From Selaginella moellendorffii (lineage: Eukaryota; Plantae; Lycopodiophyta): a stretch of DNA of 24,435 bases. Shown here piece by piece: positions 20,833-24,435 of the stretch (its first letter is position 1; the number at the start of each line of letters is the position of its first letter). The position numbers and the translations under genes are program-made. The notes below the pieces were generated by a model that saw nothing but the letters and a program-made list of their open reading frames with translations, was not told the origin of the DNA and did not search any database. The stretch lies in assembly GCF_000143415.4 (NCBI RefSeq), contig NW_003314378.1, forward strand, positions 376,990-401,424. The letters run 5' to 3'.

Positions 20833-21581
20833 TTTCGGATAATGGTTGCACATTTATAGTTGAGGCATTTCATGTTCTGACGTCTCGATTGGGGATATGT
20901 CACACTTTCACGAGTGCTTATCATCCATAATCAGACGGTTTAGAGGAACGGCTTGTTTGGACATTCAAAAGGATGATTGCAAAGTATATGAACTTTTAGC
21001 ATTCGGATTAGGATGGTTATTTGCCGTGTCTTCGGTATACATATGTCACAGGGGTGCAGAGTTCTATTGGTGCTTCACCATATAAACTCTTATATGGTCA
21101 TGATCTAATATTACCAATGGAGCTGGGTTTACTATCGCAATTGCCACGAGCTACCGATGCTAGGTCGTGGGATTAGTATTTGATAAGCATTCTTCCACTT
21201 GTCTGAGTAGAGTTTGCTGAACACTTAGGCCGCATACAAGTGGGACAATAACAGCGCTACAACTCCCATCATTGTCCACTTGTGGAGTACAAAGTGGATG
21301 ATTTGGTGTTAATTTGTTTTCCCCATCTTACGGTACGTGGTTTATCTAAGGGGCTCCTTGCACAGTGGAAAGGACCGTATCGGGTGTTGTGGCAAGTTGA
21401 AGCACAAGTTTATGAGGTTCGGCATGACATCTAGCAGGTTGATCCTCTAGAGATTATACATGTGCAGCGGTTGAAACACTTTATACAAAGAGATCAGGAG
21501 CAGTTAATACCATCTATAGATCTGCCAATGCCTCCTCCTAATGTTCCTCTAGATCCCAGCCCGTCTACAAGAGAACCCTAA
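20833..21581 (+). pseudogene. Outer element integrase C-terminal half (decayed), no chromodomain
   Basis: Resumes (IL)SDNG across the TSD, then SAYHP and QWKGPYRV (GPY/F motif). Confidence 0.8.
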
Positions 21582-21613
21582 TGGTCTTCCATTATTCTAA
21601 GAGGAGGGGATGA

Positions 21614-21789
21614 TGTGAGGGCCAAGTGTATGGCTATGATGCCATATACTAATATTAGCGTAGTGGGATTTTGGTAGCCGTCAGATTGGTTTCAATTCGG
21701 ACCACTCGCTCTTGTATATAAGTTAGGGTTTTTGGGTTAATTGATATGCATATTTTCTGTATTCTCTTTCCATATTTCATGCACTGACA
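21614..21789 (+). repeat. 3' LTR of outer gypsy element
   Basis: TGTGAGGGCC...GCACTGACA, following the PPT. Confidence 0.9.
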
Positions 21790-21828
21790 ATTTAGCAACT
21801 TTATTATTATTAAAATGTTTATAAATGA

Positions 21829-22637
21829 TAAGTGATAACTGCGGAAGGCAGATCAAATCCACGGTTTGCATCTAGAGGATGATCGTCGATGTGAAGAAAT
21901 CCCTGCATGAATGGAACAGCATCATCAATATCCCTTCCAAAGCAACCAGCAATATCACAAACCTTGTCAAAGTTACAGCCTGGGTTGCAATAGAAACTTG
22001 CAAAGGAATCTCCACAGCAGCAGGAGCTTTGTGATCTTCTGCCGGTGTGAATCTCATCAGTCTAGCCATGGACCAAAACTCCACATTTCGGCCATCCAAC
22101 AAAGCCTTTAGCGCGTGGCCATACAAATGAACAAACCATGGTATTATCTGGAGGATCATAATGTCAACGTAGTCGACTGCCTTGATACCTAAAGAGTAAC
22201 AGTTTCGAGAAGAACCATCATTTGCTCGAAACGAAATGATGATGGATCCCCTTGCATTCCCGCTGCCAGCCAAATACCGGCTTGTGTAGAACCGAGACCA
22301 ATCCACCCGGGCTCTCCAAGTGACTACAAGATCAAGCTCGCTGTTCATGCCAGCTTCATACTCAAGTAAAAGAGAGCCTGAAGAGGAGGCAAGCACCTGA
22401 CTTGGAGCAGAGCTGACTATTGTCCATGAAGTTGATGCCTATTTCTTCACTGAGATCTCTAGCCAAGTGCTTCGCCAAGCTCTCCTCCAGCTCTAGATAG
22501 ACACTACTTGTAGTTGCAAGCGGGCACTTGCCTTCCAGCTTTGAGCCAAACATCCTGGAGAGTGTCCAGCCTTGCAGCTTGGATGACAGATCTTCTGAAA
22601 CTGCTAGCTTTTGCAAAACAACTGTCAAGGTTAACAT
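21829..22637 (-). pseudogene. GPI transamidase component PIG-T/GPI16 fragment, copy B, with a retained 60-nt intron (21903-21962)
   Basis: LTVVLQ..WTLSRMFG..LEGKCPLATTSSVYLELE, YLAGSGNARGSI, LQIIPWFVHLYGHAL, and FDK|intron|GFLHIDDHPLDANRGFDLPSAVITY, compared with recalled plant PIG-T YDKGFLHIDEYPPDANQGFDIPSA. Confidence 0.85.
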
Positions 22638-22847
22638 CCAATTTTGAATATTAAGGCTATTGGGATGAAAAAAAATTTAATCAACTTATACAAAAATAAC
22701 AAGATCGTTAGTATTACTACATTTTTATAGTATCCATTGCAATGACAAAAATCCATAGTTCATACCTATCACTATATATCATTAGTATTAGCTATGATTT
22801 GTATTTGATTCATTTATTTTGTAAATTACACCTTATAAATCTTTATC
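22638..22847 (+). repeat. AT-rich degenerate direct repeat; second copy at 24241-24435 (runs off the window)
   Basis: Shared collinear blocks CCAATT.TGAATAT, TTAATCAACTTAT, TATTACTACAT, CATTGCAATGACAAAAATCCATAGTT, TATTAGCTATGATT and CTTATAAATCTTTATC, with an offset of about 1.6 kb. Confidence 0.85.
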
Positions 22848-24435
22848 ATTTATATGTATTTTCTTAACAATGTAGGTATCATGCATAGTGAAATCATTGT
22901 AGAGAAATAGTTTATGTTTTTCTTAGAAAAACTTGCAAGGTGGTGAGTGACTTTACCTAATGTAATCTATAAATCATGTAATTTTATTTTGAAATCACAA
23001 CTTTGGGAATATTGTCTCATATGCAAGTTTGTCTTCAAATCAAAGTAACTAATGCAGTAGCAAAACATTAGCACATTAGATGAGTTGCAATGATTGGCTA
23101 CTATAGTTTTCACTTCTAGTTCTATCATTACCTAATCACTAAAGGATTAGAATTTCTTTACCACAAATTAGGCCATCATGAAAAGCACTCTAAAGAAAGT
23201 GTTATACATTGTCATATTCCTTTAGCTGGTTTTTGTAATACAAACATAGAAATGTACAACAAATTTAATAAAGATTTTATATGTGCTACAATGACACAAG
23301 ATATGAATCTTCCCTTTTCCTTTGAGACCATTGATAAGTTTCATATGCTACTAAGTTATTTCTCATAAAAGCAAGAACAACAATATGTTAAAGTTTTCAA
23401 AGTTTCTTCTTCTGTTAGTTATTTTGAATTTAGTGCTGAGAATTCCATAGAATATATATATGGATGTACTAGTTATTAATTTACAAGGATTAAGTTCAAA
23501 GCAAAGGGAGTCTTTGGCTACAAAATACACTAGCAATGCAAAGCTGTGCAATCTTAAAGTAGTGGCACAAATTCCACATTTGCAATTATAAGGATGAACA
23601 CAATCCTAATGAAACACTTGCAAGGTGTGGAGATTCTAGAACTCTATTGTCTCCATTAAAAATTTAAATTTTTTGTACCAACTAACAAAGAATAATATAT
23701 ACTAAGCAAATGTATCTACCACCTTGTTAATAAAGATAAAATAGAACTAGGCTATGTGAGTTTTCTAGGAAAAGTGATTCCATATCAAGGATTGTGCCAA
23801 ATTCCTAAAATTTGCTGCCTTTGTTTTTAAAGTGCTAATCCTTTGTTCTAACTTTTTAAATTAATTATAATGAACAAAACATTTATTACATGGATTGCCC
23901 ATGGAAATGCATAATTTTATATTGGGACTAGAGTTATATTTCACCAATGAGCATGATGAGATCCAAATTGCAATATCCCTTGTGTATTGAAAATTACAAA
24001 TGAAAGGTTTAACTTACCTCGATTGCAATTTAGTGGGTGCTAGTTGAAATTAGCAAGGATCTGAGCTCTACTAAGAAAAGCAAAATTGCAAAGTTTTAGA
24101 TGATATTTATTTAGGTTATATGATATTAATATTATTGAAAGTTAAATAGTAAATGGAAACTGTAAGTAAGTTTTTATGAAAATGGAGCAATGCATAATTG
24201 AATTGTATCATAGAAAGTATCTGTAAGAGAAATAAATTCACCAATTATGAATATGGAATCTGTTGGTAAAGAAAGAAATTTTAATCAACTTATGGAACAA
24301 TAAAAAGATCCTGTTATTATTACTACATGTTTTATACTATTCATTGCAATGACAAAAATCCATAGTTTATAATTATTAGCTATGATTAGTGTTTGATTAA
24401 AAAATTTGAAAAATCACATCTTATAAATCTTTATC

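Larger units (their letters stand above)
11759..21789 (+). mobile_element. Outer Ty3/gypsy LTR retrotransposon (non-chromovirus, decayed, about 4.5 kb without the nested insertion)
   Basis: LTRs at 11759-11933 and 21614-21789 (TGTGAG...CA, roughly 12-13% diverged by hand count). PBS TGGTGGAG at 11935 (tRNA-Ala-like), PPT AAGAGGAGGGGA before the 3' LTR, and gag-PR-RT-RH-IN order. No clean TSD. Confidence 0.9.

Noticed and set aside
11754-21794. Target-site duplication for the outer element
   Set aside because: The flanks read TTTTT and ATTTA, which is not a convincing match (decayed or slipped).
23890-24120. NB-ARC remnant suggested by KVLDDIY
   Set aside because: A single short motif among stop codons, with no P-loop or other support.

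Overview
Eukaryotic (land-plant) genomic DNA. The very short GT-AG introns (46-60 nt), a PLS-type PPR remnant and a Tcn1-like chromovirus point to a lycophyte such as Selaginella (inference). Only one gene looks intact: a 4-exon TPR-CHAT (caspase-like, clan CD) protease at 93-3122 with its His/Cys dyad preserved. It is recovered by splicing three ORF-track ORFs and a short unlisted last exon into one frame. The rest is mostly transposon and pseudogene remnants: (1) an alpha-tubulin 3' fragment joined to a Tat-like Ty3/gypsy RT fragment; (2) three 5S-rRNA-bearing Cassandra-type TRIMs, including a complete 595-bp copy nested in an older one; (3) a decayed PPR gene; (4) two inverted PIG-T/GPI16 pseudogene fragments; (5) a canonical Helitron 3' end; (6) a full-length chromovirus (15301-20827, TSD GATTC, Tf1-like self-priming PBS) inserted in the integrase of an older non-chromoviral Ty3/gypsy element (11759-21789). 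Both gypsy elements keep a G-GGA-AAC -1 frameshift site followed by a predicted pseudoknot. All homology calls are from motif recognition by eye, with no database search.
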